Below are positions 37,251 to 64,000 of a stretch of DNA of 64,000 nucleotides, piece after piece (positions within the stretch are counted from its first letter, which is position 1; each line of letters begins with the position of its first letter). Origin of the DNA: Macrostomum lignano (lineage: Eukaryota); the NCBI GenBank assembly GCA_002269645.1, contig NIVC01000866.1, positions 1 through 64,000 of the forward strand, given 5' to 3'. The notes beneath the pieces were generated by a model, which did not search any database, had not been told where the DNA came from, and saw only the letters and a program-made list of their open reading frames with translations. A program made the position numbers and the translations under genes.

Positions 37251-39470
37251 AGTGTGTCAGCTAACTGTATTCATTTGCAAAAAAATCTTATAACAAAAAA
37301 TTTTGGATATAAATGCGATTCCCAAAAACACACTGCTTTTCTGTTTCTTATTTTCTTCAGTTTCTACTTATAGACATATTGTGAATACATTCACGCATTC
37401 GCTCTTTCCCACGCGCATCTCCAACTGATCACTGTTCATTTTTCTTGCATATAGTTAAAATTAAATAAAGAAATAATCTATATTGGAGACCCTGTAAAAA
37501 TTACGAAAAAATCCTACGTTTTTGTCATTAAACAGACTCGTATCCGTGATAAGAGTTATGTACTTTTGTTAAATTTAATAGTGTGAGAGCTAGCGTTGCT
37601 ACGGCGGGCAAAAAACGGCTGAGATTTGGCGTCAGGGCTTCTAAATATGAAATTCGAATTGAAATATGAATTTACTACTACTGCAAAAAACTTTGCGCAC
37701 TACTAACCGCAGTAGATAAACTCGGACATAACTCCTAAATTTTCGCGACGCTCATTAAATTAAACAATTCTTCCGTCTTCCTACTTTAACTAGGAATGTC
37801 TGCCGACTTACCTGATTGGCTGGCTAACATGGAAGAATAGAGTGATTTTAAACCATGAATATGGCTTTTATTTTCTATGCGGGCGGGCGCGGGCCGCTCA
37901 AGTTGAAATCATTATTTTTATTATAAATTTAAACATCTTAAATGTTTTTTGCCTATTAAAACAAGTGTATAGTTATTATAGTTCATTAAAGTGCACAATA
38001 TACTTAAAATCATTCTTGTTTTTTAGAGCTTCATTTAACTTTTTAAGCAGGAATAATTGTAAACATAGCTGGACTGAAGTCTGATTTTTGTAGGGCTAAT
38101 ACGACTGAGGAAATAAAACCGACAATATGATGCCTCTTAGAAAAAAGAAATTGAACATTTTAAGATGAGAATATTCATCAATTTACTTAATAAAGAAATA
38201 AGAATTAAATAATTTTATCCCCCTAGTCGCGATTTTTCTGTAGCTCGTACTTTTGTCCTCACCCAAGGACCCTGCACGTGCTGTACCTCTATATACAGTG
38301 GTACTTTGGTATATCGTATATGCCACAAATCGCGCAACGTGTTTGAAACAATTCGAAGCATAAAAAGAATTTCATCACAAGTTTAGTTATTCTCCTGGCT
38401 ACTGATTCTGTAGAATGCGTTCGCATCCAAAATCCCTCCTCAGGCTTGGAAGCTCAGCCTAAAACCAAGTCGTCATACAGCCATCGTTTATTTATGCGAT
38501 AAAAACGTAGAAGCACACACATCAAGTCATCATGTGTAGCGAGGTTTTATGTAAATAAAATATAAATGAATGAAAGAGACCAATATTAGTCTTTGAACTT
38601 TCTGCCTCCAAAGTGGTGCCTTACCAATCAGCTTTGAGTGAAATGGTTGTTTGTTATCACAAGTCTTTCAGCACGCGCATGCGCTCTCTCCTATAGCTTT
38701 TGTTTTGGCTCCCGGTGCATGCGTGTCAACTTTGCCGAGACATTCTTGGTCTTATTTTTCACACCGTGCCTGCCATTAACAGTGCCAAAAACTTAACCTT
38801 CTGGTCTGCGAATGCAGTCTTCTGGTTACGTAAGCGATAAGGTCTTCGGAGCATTCAACCAACGTTTGTGTTAGGATTAGGTTCAGCAGCCCTACTTTCA
38901 TAGAACTTCGTTAGATTGGCCCTCAGGCGCTTCTTCTGACTCTGCTTCATCGCCCTTCATCGCACGTGAGCACCTGGATCTTAGGTGTAGTATTAACCAT
39001 ACAGCAGGTCGACTCTGGAAGCTATATATACTTCGACCAGCCTGTCGATCTGCTGCCGTCCTCTTTCAGCACTTCTAGAGTTCACAGAAAATTCTTCTTT
39101 TATGGCGGCATTTTTCAATTCATGTGAGAGATTTGTCTAAATTCAATTTCTTATAGTTATAAAAAATGTACTTTTTTTATTTAACGCCGTATATAAAAAC
39201 TTATAAATCTATAAATAGGAAATATACGCGCACAACTACAATAACTGACACTTAAAGAATGAAAGTAATTACATTTAAAACAGCCGGATATTCTAAGTAT
39301 TAAATTAGTAGGTTTAGGGGAATTTTATTTGATTGACTACTACTAGTAGAAATATGTGGAAAATACGTTGACGAAAAAATGAATAAGTAGATTTTTTATC
39401 CAAGTGTACTGTATACCGAAAGCTAATAGATTTTAGTTATGACACAGCAGTCCACATGTGAGGTTCTGAC

Positions 39471-39757
39471 CGTGGCGGAGCCAGGAATTTCAATTGGGGG
39501 GGGGGCGGGTTGGCCTGGCTGGCCATGCCTTATGCCATTGCCACATTTGGCGCCGCAGGCACTCATTTTGGCGCCGCAGGCACTCATTTTAGCGCCGCAG
39601 GCACTCATTTTAGCGCTGCAGGCACTTATTTTAGCGCCGCAGGCACTCATTTTGGCGCTGCAGGCACTCATTTTAGCACCGCAGGCACTCAATTGCCTCA
39701 TGGTTTTTGGTACCCGCCGCGCCCAACCCCACCCCCCGGCGATTGGCTACGCCACTG
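39471..39757. mobile_element. hAT-type MITE with an internal 21-bp tandem array
   Basis: Ends C(A)GTGGCGGAGCCA / TGGCTACGCCACTG. Exact 8-bp TSD GTTCTGAC at 39463-39470 and 39758-39765. Internal repeats of TTTTRGCGCYGCAGGCACTCA at ~39545-39690. Confidence 0.85.
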
Positions 39758-40968
39758 GTTCTGACTCAATGGCTAATACCAGCTTACGAAAAGTGATGGC
39801 TCATGGTGATCTGGCCTCAATCTCGGGTAAGCATAGAAATCTCACAGAGGCTTATGTAACTCACCCACTGACCCACATTGTAGAAAGAATAATATTAGCT
39901 GTGAGCATTATGAGTTACTGTAAGAAGATAACATCGACATTAAATTGGGGCTCTGCGTTCTGCAAATGTATGAGTACAAAGGGGATGTGGTTGAGTGCGC
40001 GATCGAGGACAGAGTTAGAATTGAGCCCGGAAAGATACTAGACTTGACACACCGAGACACCACTCAACAGCTATGAAAGAGCATCAAGGTAAAAAAATAC
40101 CCAAAAAACGGATCAGGACGGGAGCCGACTCAGATTTAATATTGTGCATTTTGACCTGACTGCATTTCTTTACTAAATTACTTGTAGTAGACAGTTTCAA
40201 GAATTTATGTTTTAAGTCGACAGTCGTCGATAATTCCGAAGCGTTTTTTAGGTTTGTGGTAGCAGCAGGCTGTTTCGCTGCATACTAGCTCGTAGAACCA
40301 GGAATGACTGGATGAAACATCTGCTGCAGCATTGTCACCCTAATATTCAACCACATCAGTTCGTTATTCTACAAAATAAACCTGATGAGAGGGGCCACGC
40401 GTCAAAATAATTAGATGCATGTTTATTATCAGTTTTTTGTAGAAAGCTTTTTCAAAAAATGAAAGAATCGATGCTCTATTTCAATGACATTTTGAAGTTA
40501 ACCACGTGGTGGCACTGTTCGACGACAATGAATCATGCCCGATGTTTTCCTCGAATTTTTGTCTTCAACTTTGGCCTTGTACGAGTTGAAGAGGTATTTT
40601 CTTTTAGTGCAGTTCCAGTCTGCTTCTGTTTAATGCACTCGAATTTCTAGTTAAAAAACTGCTAGTCAGGGTCTGCCTTCCCGCACCAGAATTGAACTAA
40701 AGTTTTCAGTTCTTTGGCTCTTGCTGTCTACTATACAACAGATCCAATCGTAGGTACGCTGTTAAATCTTTCCGCCTCCAACCAATAAGAAACCCGGGAC
40801 CTGCCAATTGGCTGTCCGGTTGTAGAAAATGCAAATAAAACTGGCTCCACGATAAACCCAGACACGCGCCGCGTCTGTTATAGTGTTTGCAGGTCGGAAA
40901 CTTGATTCACAGCGTATCTGTGAGCTTGCTAACTGTGTTGCCCAAGAAACAGCCAGGCACCCACAGCC

Positions 40969-55982
<15,014 letters not shown>

Positions 55983-56781
55983 CGTCTCGAGCTCGGGCCT
56001 GAAGTGGCTTTTTTGGAAGTTGATCGTACGAGTATGAAACTGCAAAAGTACACAAAACAAAGGTCTGAATCAACAAGAAGTAAATGTTATATCTCTTTTC
56101 GCTAATCAAGACATCATTTTTATGACCCATTTTCCTGATATCTAGCAGTAAAGCCTTTAGAGAGAACAATATCGTGACTAATTAATGGAAGATTAAATTA
56201 GTAGCCGTTAGTAACAGAAATAGTAAAACCGTTTGTCATTTTATTGAAGTAATTTTTTAAAGAATCAATAAACGATTATCTTTACTTGTGCTACTGATTT
56301 TTGCGATGGTACCTTGGTTCATTAAATAAAATAAAGACGCAGCTCCAGTGATTGCTTCGCGTGCAATACTCTAGATCCCTAGTGTGGTCCTCTTGTTCAA
56401 TTTGATGTATGCTCGGCGATTTTGAGTCAGTTCAGTGGTATGAATGGGTTACAAGATGTATTGTATTCTAAGTGAGATTGTGAGATTGTGAGATTGTGAT
56501 TGTGAGAATTTCCAAGTCAAGAGAAGCTGGAAACCGGCCGAAATTAAGAATTCCAAGTTTACACGAACTGACTTTGACTGGGCCTGGAGATTCTGCCTTC
56601 CCTTCGACTCTCCGCCGCCTCGCTTTCGATTTCTGCCCGAGTTCACCCAGTCTCTGCTCACAGCCAGACTGTCGCAGCCTCGCTCCTCCCACCTGTACGT
56701 GAACTTCCGCTGCCTTGGCTGGAGTCTGCAAGCTGAGCTGCTCCGCAATTGCGCACCTGAAATCTCATTCGACGCGTGGGT

Positions 56782-57037
56782 GGAGGAGCTGCAGGAAGAC
56801 CCAGATTTGGAGGAGCTGCAGGAAGACCCAGATTTGGAGGAGCTGCAGGAAGACCCAGATTTGGAGGAGCTGCAGGAAGACCCAGATTTGGAGGAGCTGC
56901 AGGAAGACCCAGATTTGGAGGAGCTGCAGGAAGACCCAGATTTGGAGGAGCTGCAGGAAGACCCAGATTTGGAGGAGCTGCAGGAAGACCCAGATTTGGA
57001 GGAGCTGCAGGAAGACCCAGATTTGGAGGAGCTGCAC
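56782..57037. repeat. 27-bp perfect tandem repeat x9 (reads EELQEDPDL on +)
   Basis: GGAGGAGCTGCAGGAAGACCCAGATTT units. Confidence 0.95.
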
Positions 57038-57861
57038 GCCCATGGCTCACTACAGCGACAGCCGTGAGCACGTGAAGTTCTGCCATGAGCAGATAAAGAC
57101 AATCAGGGATGAACGATGCGTTGCCATGGAGTCGCAGGACGAGGAGAAGATCCGGTGTGTCACGAAGAAGCTGGAGCGACTTCTACGCTTGTAGAGTCAT
57201 CGGTGAGTCCAAAACCTGAGCTAAACGTCTGGACTCGGCTTTGATTTTTCGCTTTCCCTTGGCGGAAAAAGCATCAACTGAGAGAGTAATGTACTAATTC
57301 AAACTTATTGTCTTAAAACTTTGTGACAGTGTATTGTATTTTTTCCTTTTTATCGTGACTTGATTAAAATTTCTTAAAAAGATTGTTTTAACCTACTAAG
57401 CTGCGGCTGCGTTTTGAAATTTTCTATGACGAATTATTCAGATTTTAAATCATAAAACTTGAAAGTTCATTTGAGAAGCACAAAGATAACTTAAAATGTT
57501 CATAAAGTTGAAGCCTTTTAAAAGTACACAACAATATCCCGTACATTCCAGCTACATTTTCTGTGCGTTCGTAAGTTTGAAGTACTAATGCCGAATTTTT
57601 AGCATAGTGGTCATTTGTGCGCTGGACCCTCCTGATTGCTCTAATTTAAAAATGGTTTCGTTAAAACAAAGGGTAATCTAAGTCTGCAAGTCCAAAAGTT
57701 GGGTTTTTCAACTACAAAAAAGTACATCGATTTTCAAAGTATTTTTTTATCTTTCAGTTGTAATTTTTCGGCTCAAAGACTACCGTAATAGTAACTGCTA
57801 TTAATTTTAATGCTCTGCGACAATTCCATATTCATGACAATTTTTTTTTCTGCAAAAAATA

Positions 57862-58584
57862 TACCTTTTTGCGATCTAGTTTGCCAAAACTGCAATCAAT
57901 TTTGCCCGCGGAAAAATATCACTTATAATTTTGCTATCTAGGCCAAGTCTGCTCAGTCATGACCAGAGTTTCAGCCACAGACAACTCTTTGAAAACTGCA
58001 ATCAATTTTGCCAAAACTGCGACCTAGTTTGCCCATAGCAAGCCAAGAAGAATTTTTATTGAGAATCAATTCGGAAGTGTGACGAAATAAACTGTAAAAG
58101 TGAACAATAAACAGCGAGTTTATAATGGTAGACGTAGGCACAATGCTCTCAATCATAGCATTGTTAAGGGACCTCCGCTTGGCACCTCCGCGAGGCAGAG
58201 GCTCTATACGACCGGTTGCGTTGAATTGTCCAACTATGTAAGTCACGGTTCTTCGTGAGATGCCCAACAGCCTACCGAAATCTTGCCAGTCCTCTCCATC
58301 CTGATATGCTTGAATCAATCGCTGCCGGTCCTTCGCTGAGATCCTGTTATAAGGTCCACACTGGGCCATTCTTTGATCTTGCTATGTATGTCTGTGGTGT
58401 TTTCTTTGCTATGGGCAAACTAGGTCGCAGTTTTGGCAAAATTGATTGCAGTTTTAAAGAGTTGTCTGTGGCTGAAACTCTGGTCATGACTGAGCAGACT
58501 TGGCATAGACAGCAAAATTATAAGTGATATTTTTCCGCGGGCAAAACTGATTGCAGTTTTGGCAAACTAGATTGCAAAAAGGTA
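57862..58584 (-). mobile_element. Tc1/mariner-IS630 superfamily non-autonomous element with ~180-bp TIRs and an N-terminal transposase HTH remnant
   Basis: Near-perfect inverted repeats 57862-58042 and 58406-58584, flanked by TA. Internal ORF from 58369, MAQCGPYNRISAKDRQRLIQAY...LGISRRTVTYIVGQFNATGRIEPLPRGG, resembles a Tc1-type DNA-binding N-terminus and is truncated before the DDE domain. Confidence 0.8.
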
Positions 58585-58919
58585 TATTTTGAACCAACTC
58601 ATGAAGGATATTTTGTCTACTTTGTACTTTGTTACTTCTGTGATGGTTTTATATGGTCTGTCTGAAACAAATATTTATTGTTATACTGTAGCTAATGTGA
58701 ACTTTCTCTATTGCATTAACACGAACAACGTTTCTTCTAATTACAGTGTAGAGAATGTCTTGCAAAGCATTGCAAGAAGGTCTTAGGCAGACAAGACTAC
58801 TTAAAATTATTCAGTAGTATGTAAAGGCTGTTTTTGCAATAAAGTTTTCAATTACTCGTACTAAATAAACATCCCTGAACACAAAATTTTTCGTTATAAA
58901 GCGATAGCCAGTAGTGATC

Positions 58920-60690
58920 CATAAGATTTATTGCTCAGTTTTGTAACCTCAGCTTTTTTCAGTACGAAAAGCTTGGAAAACCAGATTTCCGAAGAATTGT
59001 CATCAGAACGCTTGCAGAGCCATCAGACCAGCCTGAACTTGATCCAGTCAAGATCCGCCTGGATCTCCCCTTCCACTGGAGCGTCCGTGAAGTGCTTGGC
59101 TTTGACTTAGCTGCAGGGCTGTCCCGGGGGGGACACAGCGGGAAGGCGCGAACGCCCATTCCGCTAATCCCTAACGGCCGACGTGTCGCTATGGACGAAG
59201 GGTTGGCGCCGCTCAGGGAGGTCCCCCAGTGTCGCCAGCAGCTATAGTGCTCTCTGGAAAGGAGAGTTCAGCCCTGCGGGTGTCCCGGAGGTAGCGCATG
59301 GGCTGAATAAAGTTTTCTTCTGCTGAAATATATGTGTGTGGCCCGAGGTAAGTGAGTCTGGCCCGCGTGAAGGCGGGACAGATGCTGACGAAATGCTCAG
59401 CGGTTTCGTCACCTGAGTTGCAGAAACTGCAGATGGCGTTGGTGGCGTTGCCCTGCAGGTACTGGTGCCTAGAGAAGCAGCCGTGACCTGAGAGGATCAT
59501 GGTGGCAGCTCGGATGTCTCTGTGCGAGAGGCGCAAGAGGAGCTTCCGGAGCTGGTGAGAGGGCTGAGTGACAGCGCCTCTGGATTGCCTGCAGGTAGCG
59601 CAGTTCGCCCAAGTCGAGTGGTGCTGGGTCCTGATCCACGCTTTGATGCGCGAGTCGATGACACAGCCGGGAATCGGGACAAGGAGTTCGGGACCGAGAG
59701 AGGAGCCGCAGGCGCCAACTTTTGCAAGGGCGTCAGCCAACTCATTTCCTCGGATCCCCACATGCCCTTGAACTCACTTAAGGGTGATTTTGTTGGTGGA
59801 GTCCAACATTTTGAGGAGTTTGATACTCCGTGAAGTGCAGCAGGCGGCAGGTCCTCAGCTTGCGGTTGCACAGTACGTACCGTGATGTACCTTTGGCACT
59901 CATTGCAGCCGCAGTGCACTCGATAGCGCTGCTCACCTGCGCTAAATCGGAGAAGCAGTACTCGGATTTGAGTTTCTGGTCGCTGAAGACTACAGACTCC
60001 CCGAATCGGCCTCGTAGCTCCCAGGGCTTCGGAACTCGCACACAAATCCGCGAACTCTCTCGCATTCGACACTAACCAAGAGCATTTTTGTAGTCGTTCG
60101 AATGCAGTTTTGCTTCCCTTCCTTCGAAGGTTCTCCACTTCTAAAGAGGCTTGTATCTGTTGAAAAAATCCCGTTTCCATTGATCCTCTGCCAACCATCC
60201 TTTCTATCCGCCCTTTCGTCGGCTAGGTCGCTGATTCCGAGCCACAGCCGACAGTTGCACCTGCTAGCATTGGGGACGGTTTCCAATCCTGATGCTCTTG
60301 ACGGTCTGGCACGAGTTGGCGAGCTCCCCTCCGATGGCCGCGCACTGCCGATTAGCGGAGCACCAGGAGAAGTTCTCGGCAGGGCTCACGAACAAGCATT
60401 AGGGGAAAAATTGCAGAGCTCAGTTGCTAGTCAACGAAAGCAAGCAAAACGCTATCGGATATAGGAATTCAGGACATTTCTTTCCAGCTAATGGCCGCAG
60501 ATTTTCCTATTGAGCGAGAAACACTTCCTGCCGCAAATCTGATATTGGTCGGCTTGAAGATTGACTCTGGTGGTGCCTACCGTGTAACACTCTAGGAGAG
60601 TGGGTCTTTACTGAGCTACCAATTGGAGTCAATAAAGTCTGAATTCGGCCGTAAATTACAAACCTACGCTTGGCAAGCAGGTAAAACAAA
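58920..60690 (-). mobile_element. Internally deleted non-LTR retrotransposon (RNase H-bearing, I/Loa/R1-type)
   Basis: RNase H C-terminal motif ITLK*VQGHVGIRGNELADALAK (W to TGA at 59774-59776). LSGHG motif and CX2CX8HX4C knuckle (CSFCNSGDETAEHFVSIC). GC-rich 3' UTR with AATAAA at ~58930. No RT or endonuclease motifs were seen upstream. The 5' boundary is approximate. Confidence 0.8.
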
Positions 60691-61439
60691 AGCTGCTTCA
60701 ACCTCACTATGGCTCAAAATTTAGACCTATGGTCACTTAACTACGAGCTATCGTAGTTAATGTCACGTAGTACATTACAAAATGTAATGTACAATGTACA
60801 AAATGTACGCCCCTTTCACGTAGTATTTTGTAATGTATTCTGTTGTGCCTATGATGGATGAACTGCGCTCCACCCAAGTATAGAAGTTGAAGTTTTCACA
60901 CGACTTTCTTAATGCTTGGCTAAAGCGCTGCCTGAATTTGAGAGCCGCATTGTGTGCACTCTAAAGGGAGCTGAATCCTAGATGGAATCGTGCCAGTTTA
61001 GCCATTCGATCTCAAATTTCTGATCCTGTAAGAATGAAAGCCGGGGATAAGGTTTGAACTAAGAATTCAAATGTTTGCAAGACACGCTTCCCAATCCCCA
61101 CTGGATCCTGGCGAAAGACGCGTCTCGACATTTTGGCTTTGCAGTTTTATCCAGGGCAAGGCGCCAGTCCCTCTGCAGCTTAACCGAAGGGATTAGCAGA
61201 TTAGCTCGGTGCATTGAGAGTTTAGCGTCCTTCGAAGTCTCTCGATGGCGAACTTAGACATGGAGATAAGAGGCGAAACATTTTCACTTGCAAATATTCG
61301 TTCGCTAGGGTAGTGGAAACTGCTACATGTTTTTTAGCTGGAGCGTTTACTGCAGGCCTGAGAAGTGACTGACCTGGGTTCTGAGCAAGTTGGGATGATG
61401 CATGGGAAGGGCTGAGTTCGGAGCAGTAATGCGGCGGAA

Positions 61440-61783
61440 GAGAGAATATTGAAGACATGTGGATAGACAAGTGAGAATATTGAAGACATGTGGATAGACA
61501 AGTGAGAATATTGAAGACATGTGGATAGACAAGTGAGAACATTGAAGACATGTGGACAGACAAGTGAGAACATTGAAGACATGTGGATAGACAAGTGAGA
61601 ATATTGAAGACATGTGGATAGACAAGTGAGAATATTGAAGACATGTGGATAGACAAGTGAGAATATTGAAGACATGTGGATAGACAAGTGAGAACATTGA
61701 AGACATGTGGATAGACAAGTGAGAATATTGAAGACATGTGGATAGACAAGTGAGAATATTGAAGACATGTGGATAGACAAGTG
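61440..61783. repeat. 31-bp minisatellite (GAGAATATTGAAGACATGTGGATAGACAAGT)n
   Basis: Period of 31; about 11 units. Confidence 0.95.
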
Positions 61784-62400
61784 TAACCCTGTGAGAAAAA
61801 GCAGATAAATAGCAGCCAACAGAAAACGCAAAAAAGTAAAATAGTGCCTTTTCAACTTGGAACTTTCGGTGCAGCAGAGCATTGAACGCCGAAACCGACT
61901 GCATCCTAGACATTCGATGCCGCTGTTCAATTTCGACATTATCTTGATTGGCAGATGCCAACGGACTAAATAAGGGCGAGCGGAGGCTTAGTGAAAATAG
62001 CCTTTAGCTAAGCTGCATGGTTTTTAACTTAGTCTCTAGTGTCCCCCGGCTGCACTTGATTAGAACTAAGTGGTAAACACACGACTGCCGACTTCAACTC
62101 GGACTAAATTGCACTAAAATGAAGGACACAGAGGCGGTTTATCCCGTAATCGTAGCATAGTTTATATTCGGAACTTTTACAGTAGCGTGCAGCCAGGACA
62201 ACCAGTCAGTTCATGTAGCGAATTAATCTATTGCTGAGCGAAGACGTATGGTTTGATTTCTCCCTTACTTAGATGAACTTTGAAACACGCAAATTTTACA
62301 GCAATAAAATTCAGTATCAAATAGGCAGCTGGGCACACGATGTACGGAAAAACTAGCATTAAACAGTAACTCTGGAATCTAAGTCTACGTTGCGCGCAGT

Positions 62401-63585
62401 TCAACCTCTGTGGCGCACTCTACACGTACTCTGTGTAGTCCTCAAGCCCTCCGACGGTTGTCCAATCCATCCGGGATCAGCGTGCTGAGCCGCCGCCGCC
62501 AAGGACATCGATCTGGCCAAGTGCAGCATAGAACTGCGTCTACGCTGGTGCAGCGGCTGCGGATGGTGCAGCTGCTGCTGGCGCATCATCAGTCGAGCTG
62601 CTGGATCGGGGAAAACCGCCAATGTTGACAATCGCCTTGCCAGCATGCTGTCTACTGCATTGGCAACTGACGCTCTCTGTTGCTGCTGTTGCTGCTGTTG
62701 CTGCTGCCCATCGGACGCAGGTTCAAGCGAGGGTGATATGGACTTCTTCCTCTCTCCGTTCGCCGTGCTTTCTTCCGTGTGAGGCGGCTGATTCTGCGGT
62801 ACCAGGCTGAGACTTCGATCCACGATCTGTCGCTCCTCGCTGGCAGCGGCTGCCTCCCGTGGCGTGAGCTGTCTGGCAACTCCCAGGCTCTGGCTGAAGC
62901 AGTGATTGGTGCACAGACCGAAGGCTGAGAACGCAAGTAGAGTCCCAGCGATAAGAGCACCTTTGACGCGGTACTGGAGACCGACAAACAGCAGGGCAGC
63001 AGCCGACACAGCCGACAAGATCGTAGCCGTATAGTAGATGCTCACTAGGGCGCTCTTGCAGGTCGAAGCCTTTGGAAACTGGCGACGGATGCTGCTGCAA
63101 TCATCATCATCATCATCAAGATTTACTTCCTCGGCAACCTCCTCAATGTTATCTTCATCCTGGTTAGTGTTATGCTTCTTGGCTTTGCCGTTTCCAGCTA
63201 GCATTTTCTGCTGCTGCTTCCTGAGCTTCTTTCGCTTCTTGGCCTCGGCGGCCGCGTTCGCTGCTTTCTCGTTGGCCCGTCGCAGCGCCTTTTCATGCTT
63301 CCGCTGCAGACGGCGCAGGTCGGCTGGCCCCAGCAGCGTCGGCCTCGTCTCGCCGAAAATGCCCATCGGTGGCGGCGGTGGAGGCGGTGGTTCTTCGTCG
63401 TCGGGCGATTCAGAGTCAAGACCCATCGATTTCCTACAGTCCGCAGTCGGCGTAATGGCCTCGCCTTCCGGGAGCTCGTTGATAACCGTCAGGCTGGCTG
63501 ATTTGTTGTTGTTGCTGCCGCTGCCACCCGGAATCACGGATGGAGATTTGTTTAGGGAGGAGACGCTACCGCTGTTGCTGTTCAT
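62401..63585 (-). CDS. Uncharacterised 394-aa protein with two adjacent transmembrane segments, acidic, Pro/Gln-rich and basic coiled regions
   Basis: Single long GC-rich ORF with coding-like composition. Hydrophobic hairpin SALVSIYYTATILSAVSAAALLFVGL / GALIAGTLLAFSAFGLC. No family recognised. Confidence 0.7.
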   Translation of the reverse strand: MNSNSGSVSSLNKSPSVIPGGSGSNNNKSASLTVINELPEGEAITPTADCRKSMGLDSESPDDEEPPPPPPPPMGIFGETRPTLLGPADLRRLQRKHEKALRRANEKAANAAAEAKKRKKLRKQQQKMLAGNGKAKKHNTNQDEDNIEEVAEEVNLDDDDDDCSSIRRQFPKASTCKSALVSIYYTATILSAVSAAALLFVGLQYRVKGALIAGTLLAFSAFGLCTNHCFSQSLGVARQLTPREAAAASEERQIVDRSLSLVPQNQPPHTEESTANGERKKSISPSLEPASDGQQQQQQQQQQRASVANAVDSMLARRLSTLAVFPDPAARLMMRQQQLHHPQPLHQRRRSSMLHLARSMSLAAAAQHADPGWIGQPSEGLRTTQSTCRVRHRG

Positions 63586-64000
63586 TCGGCTTTATTCGCT
63601 GATTATCTCGGGCAATTTGGAGCAGGCGGATGGGAGAAGCAAGAAAGGCAGATGGCCAAGCACAGTTCGGTTGAGACGCTCTAAATACTGTGCGATAAAG
63701 TATCGACTAGGAGGAAGTGGCTGCAGTCGACTGGGCGAGCCTTAGGGGAAGCGTTCGCGCGGCCGGCAGTTGGCTGCTGCTCTCTAGAGTGAATCGATAA
63801 CCCTTGGACGAACGGCTGAAGTCTACGGAGCGATGATAAGGGAACTTCTGATCGTTCTCAGCAGCCACGATGTCATCGCAACGAACAAGTAGATAAAAAT
63901 GACCGATCGTGCAAGAAATTAAAACAGGCGCTGAGTTAAACAATCAAACGCGAAGGAATGTTCAGTGAAGCACGGGAAGATGTTGTCTTGATTAAAGTGC

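Noticed and set aside
38575-38645. Weak tRNA-like A/B boxes here and at ~61025-61110 (minus strand)
   Set aside because: Too degenerate, with no second copy or shared SINE domain in the window.
61334-61961. ORFs 61347-61961 and 61334-61939 as a membrane protein or second exon of the two-TM gene
   Set aside because: Mostly the 31-bp array, and no phase-consistent link to the upstream ORF, which already has a stop.
63038-63745. 235-aa plus-strand ORF and other antisense ORFs over NIPBL exons
   Set aside because: Shadow ORFs of GC-rich coding sequence on the opposite strand.

Overview
This is eukaryotic, intron-rich animal DNA. GC-rich exons, minisatellite-filled introns and (GACA)n tracts suggest a flatworm such as Macrostomum (inference, not tested). 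I rebuilt three multi-exon genes by hand from splice sites and exon phases. (1) The 5' five exons of a cadherin-related gene on the minus strand (5477->1599; downstream exons were not identified). (2) A complete 10-exon Nipped-B/NIPBL cohesin loader on the minus strand (27233->11712, ~2330 aa) with a 1-bp deletion at ~19245. (3) A 26-27-exon secreted perlecan-like Ig/LDLa/laminin gene on the plus strand (40969->55982, ~2285 aa) with a 1-bp insertion near 46695. There is also a single-ORF two-TM orphan (63585->62401). The rest holds nested hAT elements with exact 8-bp TSDs, MITEs, a Tc1/IS630-type remnant, an internally deleted RNase H-bearing LINE, three tRNA-derived SINE-like copies sharing a conserved domain, and about 20 different 16-80 bp tandem arrays. 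The most distinctive pattern is that arrays appear to be amplified in place from local sequence: SINE internals, splice junctions and a MITE interior. Several introns have thereby become arrays of splice-site-like motifs. Most repetitive ORFs in the supplied track are artefacts of these arrays. No CRISPR, rRNA or convincing functional tRNA was found. All coordinates were read by eye, and no database search was run.
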